Of a stretch of 21,193 nucleotides of DNA, positions 1 through 12,182 are shown piece by piece. Position numbers and translations under genes: made by a program. The notes below the pieces were generated by a model, which made no database searches, had not been told where the DNA came from, and was given only the letters and a program-made list of their open reading frames with translations. Numbering within the stretch: the stretch's first letter is position 1; each line of letters opens with the position of its first letter. The stretch is from Bugula neritina (Eukaryota > Animalia > Bryozoa), in the NCBI GenBank assembly GCA_964035545.1, contig CAXIUT010000155.1:1-21193 (forward strand). The letters run 5' to 3'.

Positions 1-90
1 CCAACCCCAACCCCAACCCCAACCCCAACCCCAACCCCAACCCCAACCCCAACCCCAACCCCAACCCCCAACCCCAACCCCAACCCCAAC
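1..90 (+). repeat. Left telomere, (CCCCAA)n
   Basis: About 15 tandem C4A2 units at the very start, with one C5A2 variant near 65-71. This is the Tetrahymena-type ciliate telomere repeat. Confidence 0.98.
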
Positions 91-160
91 ATTTAGTTCA
101 ATATGAAAGATAGAAAATTTGATAGATTATATAAAACAATAGTTCAATAATTTTATTTTC

Positions 161-1901
161 ATGGCTTTCGTCAATACTTCTCAAAGAATTCTAACTACTT
201 AAGTTGGATAGGCTAGTAGCTTTCCAAGTCCAGCTCATTACACATTATAACCAAGAACTCTACCTTTAGATTGTGCTCCATTCAAAAGTACAAGTAGCCG
301 AAAAGGTCTTTTCTAAGACAAAAAAAAGAAACTACAACCAGGACCTGGATAGTACAATATCAGCAAATAACTAATCCAACCCAACTTTTCAAGCTATCTA
401 TGTCCAAAAAATATTATTTTTAAAGTAAACTCTCTTGGATCAGCTTCATTTCAGTCTGAATCTAAAAGATTCGAATCAAGTATTGATATTAAGCCAGGAC
501 CAACTTAATGTACCGTTTATTGTATTTAGATGAAATGACAAATGAATCAATATCTCTGAAAAAATCAAGAAAAAAGTTACCAAAACAAAGAAAGGCTCGT
601 TAAATGGTTGCTTAACCTTCTATTCCAAACAAAGCAAGAGGACTAATATCAATCCTCCAAAAATAAAAAAGTTAATAGAAGTAAAAATGTCCTGGTCCTG
701 GAAGTTACTAATCGAAAAAATATAAAAATATAAACTCAAAAGGAACAATATGGACGAAAGATAAAGTAAAAAGATTCAATCCATAATAATCAATTTAAGT
801 TGGAGTAGGTCCAGGTCAATATAAAATATAATAAAAAGCTTAAAAATCAAAATCCCCAAAAGAATCATCAGTTTTCAAATCCCACACAGTTAGAACTTTC
901 CTTGATTCTATGATGTATGGAAGTCAAATATAATAAGTCGCCAAATTAAGAGAACACAATAAATACAAATCTCCTCTCCCTTCACCAGGATAATATCATT
1001 ACTAAAATTCCTCTTTCAATCAAAAAAACTAAAAACCATTAGAATATCAATTCTTTGGTTCAGCAGTTTAAAGATTTCAAAAGCAAAATAACCTATAAAC
1101 GGCTACTCCACTAACATATCTCAAAGATAGTCCATCTAAAATATCACACAACAAAGGAAATAATCCTTTCGATAGTCACACTGAAAGAGATAATAGCAGT
1201 TATCTTAATTCAAATAAATAAACTCCAGGACCAGGTTATTACTATAATATCGATGATAATAAAAAAAGAAATTATCATAGACATGTTGAAGCATTTGGCT
1301 CAACAACTTAAAGAACAACTAACGTCCATTCATAATCAATCGGACCAGGATAGTATGATATCAATCCAAGTGAATAAAGAATACAAAAACATCTTAATAA
1401 TCGCTTCGGACAAATCAATACTCAAAATGGGGTTTTCAAAAGTAGAACATAAAGAAATTGTTTCTAACATTCAAAAAGTAATATTCATATTATGAAGATG
1501 ACTCGAATTTGGAATATGATATCAGTCATGATGATATCTCTAAAAAAGTAGAAAGACAACAATTCTATCTTTAAACTTTAAGAAGAATAAATGTCATGAA
1601 ACCTCCTTTCAACTCAAATAACTCTCGCTTTGAACATTATTAAGAGCCTCTAGTAGAACTCAATAAAAAACAACTACAAAAATAACAAAAACAACAAAAA
1701 TAACAAAAACAACATCCTATCTCATGGAAAAAAACCAAAGTAATAGAATTACCAGCTCATGATCCTGGAGCAAGTTTCGGAAAAGATGAAAGATTTAAAT
1801 CCTAGAGAAAAGGAGGAGGGAATCCAGGAGCTGGAGCATATGACAATCCAAATAATTGGAAAAATCATAGTTTTAATCAAAGGTTTCAATAAAAGTAATG
1901 A
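161..1901 (+). CDS. STPG/SHIPPO (sperm-tail PG-rich repeat, ODF3-like) ciliary protein, 566 aa; introns 510-529 and 1478-1497
   Basis: Runs from ATG161 (MAFVNTSQR) to TGA1899-1901 and is open when TAR is read as sense and two 20-nt introns are removed (1701 nt = 567 codons). Repeated PGPGxY motifs (PGPGEY, PGPTEY, PGPGSY, GPGQY, PSPGEY, PGPGYY, PGAGAY) alternate with F.S..ER(F) motifs. Confidence 0.9.
510..529 (+). other. 20-nt spliceosomal intron
   Basis: gtaccgtttattgtatttag. Removal restores the PGPTEY motif and the reading frame. Confidence 0.9.
1478..1497 (+). other. 20-nt spliceosomal intron
   Basis: gtaatattcatattatgaag. Removal is needed to reach the frame of the downstream PPFNSNNSRF and PGAGAY motifs. 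Confidence 0.82.
1677..1713 (+). repeat. 9-bp coding microrepeat (CAAAAAYAA)x4 encoding QKE/QKQ
   Basis: caaaaataa caaaaacaa caaaaataa caaaaacaa inside the STPG gene. Confidence 0.8.
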
Positions 1902-1948
1902 TTTTTGTCATATCATTCATTTCATTCATATTATAATAAGTGATAATA

Positions 1949-4347
1949 TCATTTATCTTATGCAACCATCTAGGGAACAGAAACAGCTTCATCAGACTCA
2001 AGATTTATTTCTATATTTTGCTTTTTAGAACAGTCTGCTTCCCCATTTACATTCAAATTATGATATTCAGCTGATTATCCACTCTTAGATTCTTTATAAA
2101 ATTTAGCTGGCTTGCTTATCTTCTTGTTTTTATCACTTCTCTCAGAACACTCTTCCTCCTAACTTTCGTTCTCGATTTTAAAGAGTATAGTTCCATCTTT
2201 CATAAAACTTATCTCACTAGGAATTGATTTTCTATCAACCTTTCTTATCAAATCTTGCTGTTGAGAATCAATAATGAACTTCCTTGCATCTTTGTTACAA
2301 ACTGGGCATTTCCATATTCTATTTCTTGCAGTTGACATTAGAGAAATATGTATTCTTAGATCAAAACACTGTCCATGTTGACACTTATTACCCCTAACTG
2401 GAGTATTTATCATATCCCAAGTATAAGGATCTTTAAAACTGACTGATATCTTATTGATTTACACATCCTTTTCAGCAGTTTTCATTAATTTTTGAAGATA
2501 ATCTGGTACTTCAGGTAGCTTCTCTTCTTTCATAATTTTATCAAATAGCTAGTCAGTGGTTAATTTTTCAATAAAATAAATAGCAAAAGCAAAAGTATAG
2601 TTATTTCTTATTTTTTTATGGCCAGCATCATCTTTAGTTAAAGGCTTAATTTAAAGACTCAATCTAATTTTCTATAAATACTCTTTATCTGATTGATTAA
2701 CTTTGCTATTATTGTAGATATTGGGAGTAATGATGATTGAATAATCTTTTCTTTTCTTTAGACTAGAATTAACCTGAAGTGCAGGTATCTCAATAATTCT
2801 CTCTCCATTTAGTTTGATAACACACTCATCAGGCCATGTAATTTCGTTATTGTCAACATTGAATACCTTCAGACATCTCATTTCTATCTCATTTTTGTTC
2901 TTCTGCTTGCAAAGGTGCTAGAATGGCTTCAAATTACATACTATTGAAAATTTATTATCAACTATATTTGTAATGTAGTTTTCAGTTATAACTTCTTTGA
3001 CTTTGTTCAAAGGATCAATAAACCTCATTCTGCAGTGATAACATTCAATTGGTTCCTTATTTTCATGTTTTCTCAAAGGCTCATTCAGACATTGAAAATG
3101 ATAAGTCCTATTGCATATTGAACATAGAAAGGTTTCAGAGTGTCTTTACATTCCTTTACAAGCACAGTACTTCAACATAGAATTAGGTTATCCATTATAT
3201 TTAGCTTCCTTTTGGGCACTCTTCTCAGCCTTATCAGAAGCTTATCCTATTAGAAAAGGAACATTTGGAGTGTTTGGTTTTACTTTCTAGACAGCTATCT
3301 CATTATATTTCTTACTCTAACTTTTTTTAATTTCAGGAGCTATATTTTTTTGAGCAGACTTACTTATTTACTGTTGTTGATTTTGTATATACTTTTTACT
3401 TTCTCCTGGCTTAGTCCTCAAACCTTTTGACATCTAACTCTCCTTATTCTGAACAACATTTTTAGAATTAGAATTAATTAAAGCAGATATCTCTTCTTGC
3501 ATCTTATTCTGTTTACTCAACTGAGAGCCAATAGCTTGAGGATTAACACCCATTTGATGATTATTTGTTTGATTATTCATCCCAGGCATAAAGTTCATTT
3601 GTCCATAGGGATTCATAGGTGCTCCAGGAGCAGAAGGAGGATGATTTACTTGATTTCCATTTTTATTAGGTGTCATTGACCCAAATCCACCATAAGAATT
3701 ATTCATGTACCCATTCATTCCACCAAACTGATGATTCATCATAGGATTCATTCCATACATCGAATAGTAATACATATACATCTGTTGCATCTTCATTGCT
3801 TCTTCCATCATCCTGTTTTGATCCGAATTTGTTGCTGACTCAGATTGAGGAGCAGGAGGTCGCATAGAATAAGAGGACATAGGGTTATTCATTGAGCTGG
3901 CCATTGGATTGGCCATGGGATTAGCCATAGGATTAGCCATAGGATTAGCCATGGGATTAGTCATTGGGTTAATCATTGGATTGTAGACTGGTCCAGAAAC
4001 TGGAGGGGGAATAGGAGTGTTGCTGATAGGCTTGTTCGCTAGAACAGATAAGGTGTCTTCAAAGAGTGGTATCATATATTCCTTTGTCTATTTAGCAATA
4101 GCTGTATATTTCTGAAGACTCAGATAATCTCCATACTTGTTTCTACATAAATAAAGATTTACCCATATTTTTAGACGACTTTAATGAGTCCATCAATGGT
4201 CCTTTCTTGGATCTATTTAGGTTCAACTGTGTTTTCTTTCTCTAATGTTTTCAAAATCTCTGAGAGGAAGTGCATAGGTAATCGATAGAAACTATGTTTG
4301 ACCAAGACTTGATGTACACCTCTTTTGATTTCTGCTTTATCGTCCAT
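1949..4347 (-). CDS. SIZ1: SIZ/PIAS-family E3 SUMO ligase (PHD finger, PINIT-like region, SP-RING/zf-MIZ), 792 aa; intron 4143-4162
   Basis: Runs from ATG4347 (MDDKAEIKRG) to TGA at 1949-1951, 793 codons after one 20-nt intron. PHD: CAC..CSIC...HFQC...CYHCRMRFIDP. PINIT-like: EMRCLK...ITWPD...LNG. SP-RING: SFKDPYT..INTPVRGNKCQHGQCFDL...WKCPVC. The domain order matches plant SIZ1. Confidence 0.9.
3899..3982 (-). repeat. 12-bp tandem coding repeat, NPM(A/T/I) x7
   Basis: Encodes NPMINPMTNPMANPMANPMANPMANPMA in the low-complexity region of the SIZ1-like protein. Confidence 0.9.
4143..4162 (-). other. 20-nt spliceosomal intron
   Basis: gtaaatctttatttatgtag on the minus strand. It joins the N-terminal exon in frame. 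Confidence 0.88.
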
Positions 4348-4953
4348 CTTGAAGTTTAATTATTATAAGCTAATCTAACTTAGACCCGCTTTTAAATTAC
4401 AAATTGTGATTTTATATCAACACGTAAAAAATACAATTAAGTAAACATTTTTGCTTATTACAAGATAAATTTATAAATTGGAGTGTTTTCTTTAAAGATG
4501 TCTTTATTCTCTCACATTGGATGTCATTAAGACCAGTGAGCTAATTTAGAAACATAGAAAACACCTCTGTTTATCATTTTGATTTCTCAAATATATATCA
4601 AGAGATTCAGTTATCTTAAAATATCGCCACTGTTTAACTTAAATATCTAAATATATTTTACTTATGGGTTTCATGATAAAACTTCTAAATTACCTCTACT
4701 ATCAACTTAAAAACCGAATAGCTATCTTAATTTTAACTTACTTTGATTCTAGAATTATTAATTTTGACCTTAATTCTTTGAATAAACTTGAATTATTTTT
4801 TTACAATCTATGTATTTTCTTTCAAATCAAAACAAAGTCAATATTTTTTTTGTTAATGATGATCAAGTGATAATAATTTTTTCAAAGAACTTTCTTGATT
4901 AAATTAATTATTAATTCTATGTTTTATAAATTATTTTACATTATTTTTATATA

Positions 4954-6277
4954 TCAAATCAATTGGCACTAACTTTTATTCTCCACATTTTTACCATCAA
5001 TTTTCTTAACAGCTTGTCTTATAATTTATCTTTTTTATTATGGTTTTGACTAAGAAACATCAGCTTTTTCATCAAAAATATTATTATTCTTATTAGAGTC
5101 AATGATTTTTGGCTTCTAATATTGTTCTGATTCAGTTTTTATCTTCCCATATCTCAAATTAGCTTTAACTTCACCTTTCTTTGATATATTTTCATGAAGA
5201 ATAATATCTTTAATCGTTTTATGCTCTTAATTTGAACTTTTATAGCGACTAATTGAGTTATTTACACTTTCACTATATCTTATTTGACTTTTGCTTTCTA
5301 ATTATGTTCTATGAAGTCTTACTTTTGTAGATTCTCTGTTTTTTCTATATAAACTCTTTACTTTTTATAAAGAGACCATATAATCATCATAATTTTTACT
5401 CAATAATCTATCTTTTCGAGATATCGAAAAAGATTTCTTTTTTACTTCATAAATTCTTTTTAATTACTTTTATTTTTAACTAATTATAAATACTTCAGTA
5501 TTCTTTTAAGATCTACGATCAGATATTTCTGATTTTAAGCGAAATATTTTCTAATTTTATTTAGAAATTGATTTCTATCGATTATTTTTAGCTAAAGATC
5601 TTAGTAAAAGGGTTAGTTTATGACTCGGTCCTAAAGTTTTTAGAGAAAGATAATATCCTTCTTTATAAACTTTGTTTGCTTCATCAAAATCTTTCAAATG
5701 ACTCAATTCAGATGCAATATTGTAAAAAGATATTGTCATTATTTCATTAAGTTTGTATTGATTTCTTCTAAGTTCAAAGTTGTCCCATTATTCTTTCATT
5801 TTTAATGATTCTAAAGCTTATCGACCCAATTTAATCGATTCTGCATGTCTGACTCATGATCTTAATACCTTCCAAGATGACTCAAAATAACACTTTTATT
5901 CAATTTAGTACGCGCAATATCAACCGGATTAGTACTTTCTCTCTTTTCCACCTACTAAGCACTTTCAAGACACTTAAGTGCCAACTAAAACTAATTTTTC
6001 TTTTGATGATAATAGGCTTAAGTATTAAGAGATAGTGCTTTAATGATGTATTTTTATCGATTAGAGTCAGATATCATCTCGCAATCATTTTTTATTTGTT
6101 TCAGGAGTTCATTTACTCTTTCGAAATTATCTTAATAAATCGATATTTACTTTTGTTCAACTATTGAATACATTTTTAGTTTTTATCAAGTTGAATTTGA
6201 ACCAAACTTTAATCGAATGGTCCAACCAAGTACTTGTTCGACTACAATCTTATCTTTTTAGTTCTTAATTTTTTCAT
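4954..6277 (-). CDS. TPR-repeat protein with C-terminal CaaX box (CQLI), ~427 aa; introns 6131-6150 and 5849-5868; 5' end may be truncated
   Basis: TPR-like helices: ALSLNTEAYYHQKKNEFELALKCLESA, DIARTKLNKSVILSHLGRHAESIKLGREAL, ISFYNIASELSHLKDFDEANKVYKEGYYLSLKTLGPSHKLT. Ends ENKSECQLI-TGA. 428 codons after two 20-nt introns. The frame stays open upstream of ATG6277 up to the telomeric array. Confidence 0.82.
5849..5868 (-). other. 20-nt spliceosomal intron
   Basis: gtattaagatcatgagtcag. Removal restores LSHLGRHAES; the unspliced frame hits TGA. Confidence 0.87.
6131..6150 (-). other. 20-nt spliceosomal intron
   Basis: gtaaatatcgatttattaag. It links the first exon to the TPR frame. Confidence 0.8.
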
Positions 6278-6315
6278 CAATAATTTTTAATACTATTGAT
6301 AAAATATAATGACTG

Positions 6316-6403
6316 CCCAACCCCCAACCCAACCCCAACCCCAACCCCAACCCCAACCCCAACCCCAACCCCAACCCCAACCCCAACCCCAACCCCAACC
6401 CCA
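6316..6403 (+). repeat. Internal telomeric array (CCCCAA)n, left-end orientation
   Basis: 88 nt. Starts with variant units CCCAA-CCCCCAA-CCCAA, then perfect C4A2. Confidence 0.97.
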
Positions 6404-6444
6404 TAATACTATTATTGATATTAATCTAAATTGATTTTGTAAGA

Positions 6445-9400
6445 TCACTTATCTTTTCCTATATGATACTTGCTATAATTTGCCTGATCTCCCATCTCGA
6501 CACTATTTGCCTCACTTTTTTGAACTCCTTCTTCTTCTACTAAAAACTTAGGCGCTGTATAACGTCTTTTCATATAGAACACCACACCAACCAGAATCAA
6601 AATGAACACTATCACAATGATTATAATTGCTAATGCGCTTGATCCATTTTCAGGTTCAGGTTCTGGATCAGGTTCAAAAGGTGGATCAACTACAGGTTTT
6701 TAGTTGTTATGATTGATAATTTTCTGTTGATATGGATAATAATAACGATAGTTTTCAACATATCCATTTTTCCACTTCATAGAAGCCTCAACTTTGACGA
6801 TAACCAATACATATTATATCCCTTTGAATTTAGTTTGGAGATCTATCATATTCTAAATATTAAATCAATTACATTTAGCTCCATTACTATTTTCTCTCTC
6901 ATCTATGACTATTTGTTAACTCTTTTCACCCAATGCATGTATTTACCTTGCTCACAGTTCATAGCGGCATAGAGATCAGGTTCTTCATGAGCAATATAGA
7001 CTCTGTAGGTCATTTCTTAGATCTTAGGAAGATGTTGTTTATTTTAAACCTAATCTTGTATTTAAAGAGGATTAATTTCAATAGATAAATCGTTCAAACC
7101 TTCTTTTTCGTGCAATCTGAAAGAAGAAGATCTGTAAAAATCATATCCATAACCATTATAACTATTGGCATGGACATTTTTCCACCTAAGACTCACATAA
7201 TCTTCTGATTCTACTTGCACATATACAGGTCCTCTTGAGTAAAAAACTATGTTATTTGTATTTTTAGGTCGATTCTGACTGATAGCATTTCTTTTATTGC
7301 TAATTCCATGATAATTTTTAGATAAATGGACACTAACTCTAGTCCTGCATTCATCTACTTAGATAATACCTTTTCCTATAGACATAAATGTTAAATTTTT
7401 GACTCCTTTGAAGTGAAATACTTCATCTTCAGGTAAATAGTTTAAATTTCCCAAAAACAACATATTGACTTGGTAATAATTATTATCATTAGTACTTAAG
7501 CACATTTTAAACTGGTTAGATGCTCCTAAACGATATTTTGCTTGAAAACTTAATTAAATAATAGTTCCAGATAGCTTTGCATTCATACTATCTGGTAATC
7601 CACTTAAAGTTGCATTAATTACAAGATGATCTTTAAGAGATTTAGATCTTTCTTCTATATAAGATCTATTTGCCCTATGAGAACGATCGCCTTGAACATT
7701 TAATATAAACTATTGATGCTAGTTCGTAATATAACCTGAAAAACATGTTGTATTGTCTTTAGATAGATATATATACCTAGTCCTACCGATTTGTATAGGA
7801 CTATAATAAATTATACTTTAATTCCTCACGAAAGCATTATTTAGAACTTATAGACTATAATCAGTATTTTCCAAAGCTGTTACATTTATCATGATATACC
7901 CTCTATAATGAATATCACTTCCATCATATGTGTAATTATTTTTAGTTCCATTAGACTCATCATAAGATACGATTACGCTTTAAGTTAAATTTTTGTAATA
8001 AAAAACTTCAACTTTTGCACTACCAGCCATCAAAGCAATATTGAATCCATGTTGTCTTCTTGAATAATAAAAAGTCCAAGTAAAAGATTAATCCTTCATC
8101 AAAATATCATATGATATAGTTTCAGACATTACAGACATTGAATCGTTTCTTTCTGAAGCAAGAGATAAGTATCCTAATGTTTCTTTTACTGCTTCAACTT
8201 AGATTAGAATAAAACAATTTTTGCAATATTTTTAATCTGAAGAAGTCATTTGTAAATGATTTCTATCAACCCAACTATATTCCAATCCTTTTTTCTTACT
8301 TGCAGTCTCCTTATCATTAATAAGATTAAAAAAATTAATAAGCTTATCTTCTTTTACTGTCATACCTCTAAGTATCAATTAGCCTAATTGTTTTTTATCA
8401 AGAGAAACTATCACTTTTATCATCTAACTCTAATGATTTTGGACCATATAATACTTCTTTTATCCAGTTTTCAAAGAAACATATTGTCCATATCCATAAT
8501 GTAGTTCAGATATGGTTTTATTGGAGGTTGTAGCTTGAATAGAATAATAGCAGTTTTCAGTACCAAATACTTTAATTGTATATTTTCCTCTTTTAGCCCT
8601 TCTAAGAATGATTTAACTAGAATTATCACTACTTATGATCTCCCTGTGACTATTTCCATAAGATAAACTCAAATTATGGCATTGTTATCCATGGCTAGAC
8701 ACCAAAACCAACAGATTAGTCCTATCATAACCATTGTACAAAGAATAGTAATCATAACTGTCCTTAGCGAGATAAGATTTATGAATAGAGTTCATTTTCA
8801 ATACATGAATAGTTTGAGAAACTTATATCACAAATTTACCTTAACTACAAAACGAACACTCAACACTTAACAACACATAGCATTGATATCCTTCGGTACA
8901 CTACTTTCTCAATTCAGATGATGGAATTTCCATATAATTCATGCCCAAATAGTTTGTTTAGTTACTTTTATATATCCGGGATAAGTTGTCCAGATTTTAT
9001 CCTCTCCAATTTTCATACATATTAGAATCAGGATAAACAAACTTCTTGTAAAAAATAACAACATGAGCATAAATATTGTATGACTCATAAATACCTCCTT
9101 TAATTGTCACTCTTAATGTGTCTAAATGAGTTGTAGGATATTTAAAAGTTTTTAGTTCTCCTTTCTTCACATGGGTCTATTGCCCAAGACCATCTACTAG
9201 AAGTAAAGGTCGATCAGTATAAGTAGCAAAGACTGTAATGCGACTTTGCACTTCTTCAAGTTTGACTAAATTCTAAAAATAGATTTAAAGATAACACTCA
9301 TCAAAGTCTTACCTGCAAGCCTCATCAATTTGTTCAGCTTTGATCACTTGGTAAGAAGAAGTCATTTTTATTTTAAATTATTCTCCTATTTCGATATTAG

Positions 9401-11753
9401 GATGGGCCATACCATGCAATTGAGGATTATTTAAGTCAGTTACTACTTAAATTTATCCCTTGTGACTCAGCTGATAACTCACACAACTTCTCTCATCTCT
9501 CTGAGTCAACAAAAAGGTATGTTTTTCTCCAAGCTGATTATTATAACAAAGAGATTTATCTCCTTCTGTCACCAATGTAATAGGTACAGGTACTTCATGT
9601 TAGTTCTAAATTGCAAAAAAGATAGTTTGATTTGATGAATTATTTTATAGAGGATAAAGATGCATCGACTCTATGGATCGAATTTAAACACAAAACTTTG
9701 AATCAGTTACATTTTGATACACTTTAGGCTGTTCCTTTCTTCCTATTTCACAAAACTTTAAAACAAGATTATTTTAGATATGCAGATTAGTCGATTAATC
9801 AATATTTATGGTTAAAAAGATGACTTACAAAGGATGAATCAAGACTTATATCTTTTATTTTGATCCCATCTCAACAAAACTAAGAGGATGCTTGCTTGCA
9901 TTACTTTCCTTATAGCCAAAAGATAGTCTAAGTCGATAGTTTTGTTATTAATATCCTACCACATACACATAGTATTTAGTCATCTTTCTTAATGGCTTTA
10001 TTAATATTGATCGATCAAACTGTTTAAATACTGTTATATTGGACCAATTAGTAGTGCCACCTTCAAATTAAATGAATTCAATTGAAGCAAAACCATAACC
10101 TTTGCCTTAAGCATAAACATCAACTTTAGCAAATTATAAACTAGAATTATCTGTAATCATAAAAAAATGTGTAATAACCTCATCTTTCTTTACTTATCCT
10201 CGAACTATCTTATTTTCATATAAAAGATATTCCTTCTCTTTGTGCCAGAAAAGAGAATAATGAGAATCGCTTAAACTTTGAATTTTAATTACCACAATAG
10301 CCTGATACTTTTATTTCTATTTCTCATAAGTAGTCAAAATAGCATCTCTAAATTTAAATGTTGTGAGTTCTGGGAAGTTGACTCTTTTAGGTTTTAGAGT
10401 CGGAAGACCAGTCGTTTTAGATAAGGAGTTGTTGGAATAAATATCTTTTTGACATTTTTAAACCTAACCTTCAACACAGTACATAAATGTAGCGCTCATT
10501 TTTGTTTTTTCATTCCAAATATCAATATCGAAATTAAACTTTTCATCTCCTTTATTTGAATATAATTTGAAAAATAAATATTCAGTTTAATTAAGTGTCA
10601 AATGATCTCTCCATAGTTTATATTATTCTAGTTCAATTAACTTCATATTGTATTTTTTAACTTCAATGGATATTAAATAACCTGGATCTATTCTAACCTT
10701 AAACTTGATATCTCTAATTGTTGAATTTAACCATATTTCAATTCCATATTGATTAGAAAAAATTTATCTCTAATTTATCATTCTTTTGAATTATTTAGCC
10801 TATATTTTCTGTTAATTCAGATAATAGTCTTAAAGTGAAAAAGAATATTGATAAGGAGTCTCAATATAAATATAGTACGACTCTTCAATACTTCTTTAAG
10901 GCAAAGAAAGATGATATGATGCATTTTTTATTATTAAGTCGTGGAGTTTCTTATCTAGTGAAAGTTATTGAGTTTAATTATTTGGAGAAATAGCTTCACA
11001 TGTCATCTAATAAAGAGCTGGCCCAGAAGTTTGAAGAGTCATTGTTAAAACATTAACTTCTTTTAATTCTTATGAATTATAACCAATTATTTTTTTTTAT
11101 CCCCATATAAATTAGGAATAATCCTCATGTCTAAAATAATTAGGTGGAGTTTCTTCTATAGATGTTGTAAAAAAATAATTTTCTTAGTATTTTTCAGGAG
11201 TATCTCTTTTTATCGAACATAGTAATAAGCCAAGTTAATCTTCATAGTGACTAACATCCAAACGAACTATTCTAGTAAAGTTATCCATTCCTCTTTTGAT
11301 AAATATTTTTTAATTTATCTTTAAGGGAGTCACTCCACTAATCTCTAACTTCACTGAACCCTTTGTTTATTTCATAAATAGGATCTTGACTTTCACTATC
11401 TCAGTTTCTATGTTGACCTGATTACTTCCAATAAAACATTCATAATTGTGTTTACCCAAACCTAAACATTCCACTTTTGGATCACTTTCTATCTATGTAT
11501 TTTTTGTTACTGTAGAAATAACTAGTTAAAATTTATCTTTGAAATTTTACTAAGGCAATTTAACTTGAACAAAAGCATACCACTCTTTACCTTGATACTA
11601 AGATGGTAATCCATCAAAACTATAGTACTCTTCTGCCTAAAATTTAGGCTCCACTACAGAAAAATCAACTTCAGAAGACATTTAATTAGGTTTTTTGATT
11701 GATGATGAACTGAAAGCCAAGACCACTAGAGCTACAAAGATTAAGACCTTCAT
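6445..11753 (-). CDS. Large type I transmembrane surface protein, 1762 aa (signal peptide, ~1700-aa beta-rich ectodomain, one TM helix, short tail); intron 6853-6872
   Basis: ATG11753 gives the signal peptide MKVLIFVALVVLAFSSS. The frame was spot-checked as constant down to 6873. A PPFEPDPEPEPE stalk precedes TM ALAIIIIVIVFILILVGVVFY, then a KRR stop-transfer. TGA is at 6445-6447; 1763 codons after one 20-nt intron. No family recognised with certainty. Confidence 0.88.
6853..6872 (-). other. 20-nt spliceosomal intron
   Basis: gtaattgatttaatatttag. The unspliced frame stops at TGA just downstream and would lose the TM segment. Confidence 0.9.
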
Positions 11754-12182
11754 TTATAATATAACAAATCTTAATTTAATGTACTTAAATAGTTTAACAT
11801 ATAATAGTTTAATATATATATTATGATGGAAAACAACAAACCTCACTTTGAGATAATTATGGTTTTGATAGTAAATATCAGATTTAAAATTTAAATTGAT
11901 TATATAAAGAGTATATTTGAATCATTTCAACATATATGGGTATTTTAGATCAAAATAATATACCATAAATTACGAAACTAAGAAATATTTGAATAGTAAC
12001 ATTAATTTATCTTTCGATTTAATTTTATCCAAAAATAAACTTTAATAATAAGAGAAAAATAAAATTAAAAATCAATTTTAATTTTACTCTTATATCTTAA
12101 AACTAATTAAATATTTTTTAATTTCTTTAATTCAAAAGATTTTAAAAATAAAATAAATATATATATATATAGAGAATCATAT

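Noticed and set aside
1253-2028. Track ORFs 1253-1495 and 1759-2028 (+)
   Set aside because: Off-frame shadows of the STPG gene, which carries the PGPGxY motifs in another frame.
2159-4075. Track ORFs 2159-2413, 2672-2881 and 3434-4075 as separate genes, plus 3497-3679 (+)
   Set aside because: The first three are in-frame pieces of one SIZ1-like CDS split at sense TAR codons. The last is antisense.
4664-4870. 68-aa track ORF and other short frames in the 4348-4953 gap
   Set aside because: Composition typical of AT-rich non-coding DNA and no motif. Short open frames are expected by chance when TGA is the only stop.
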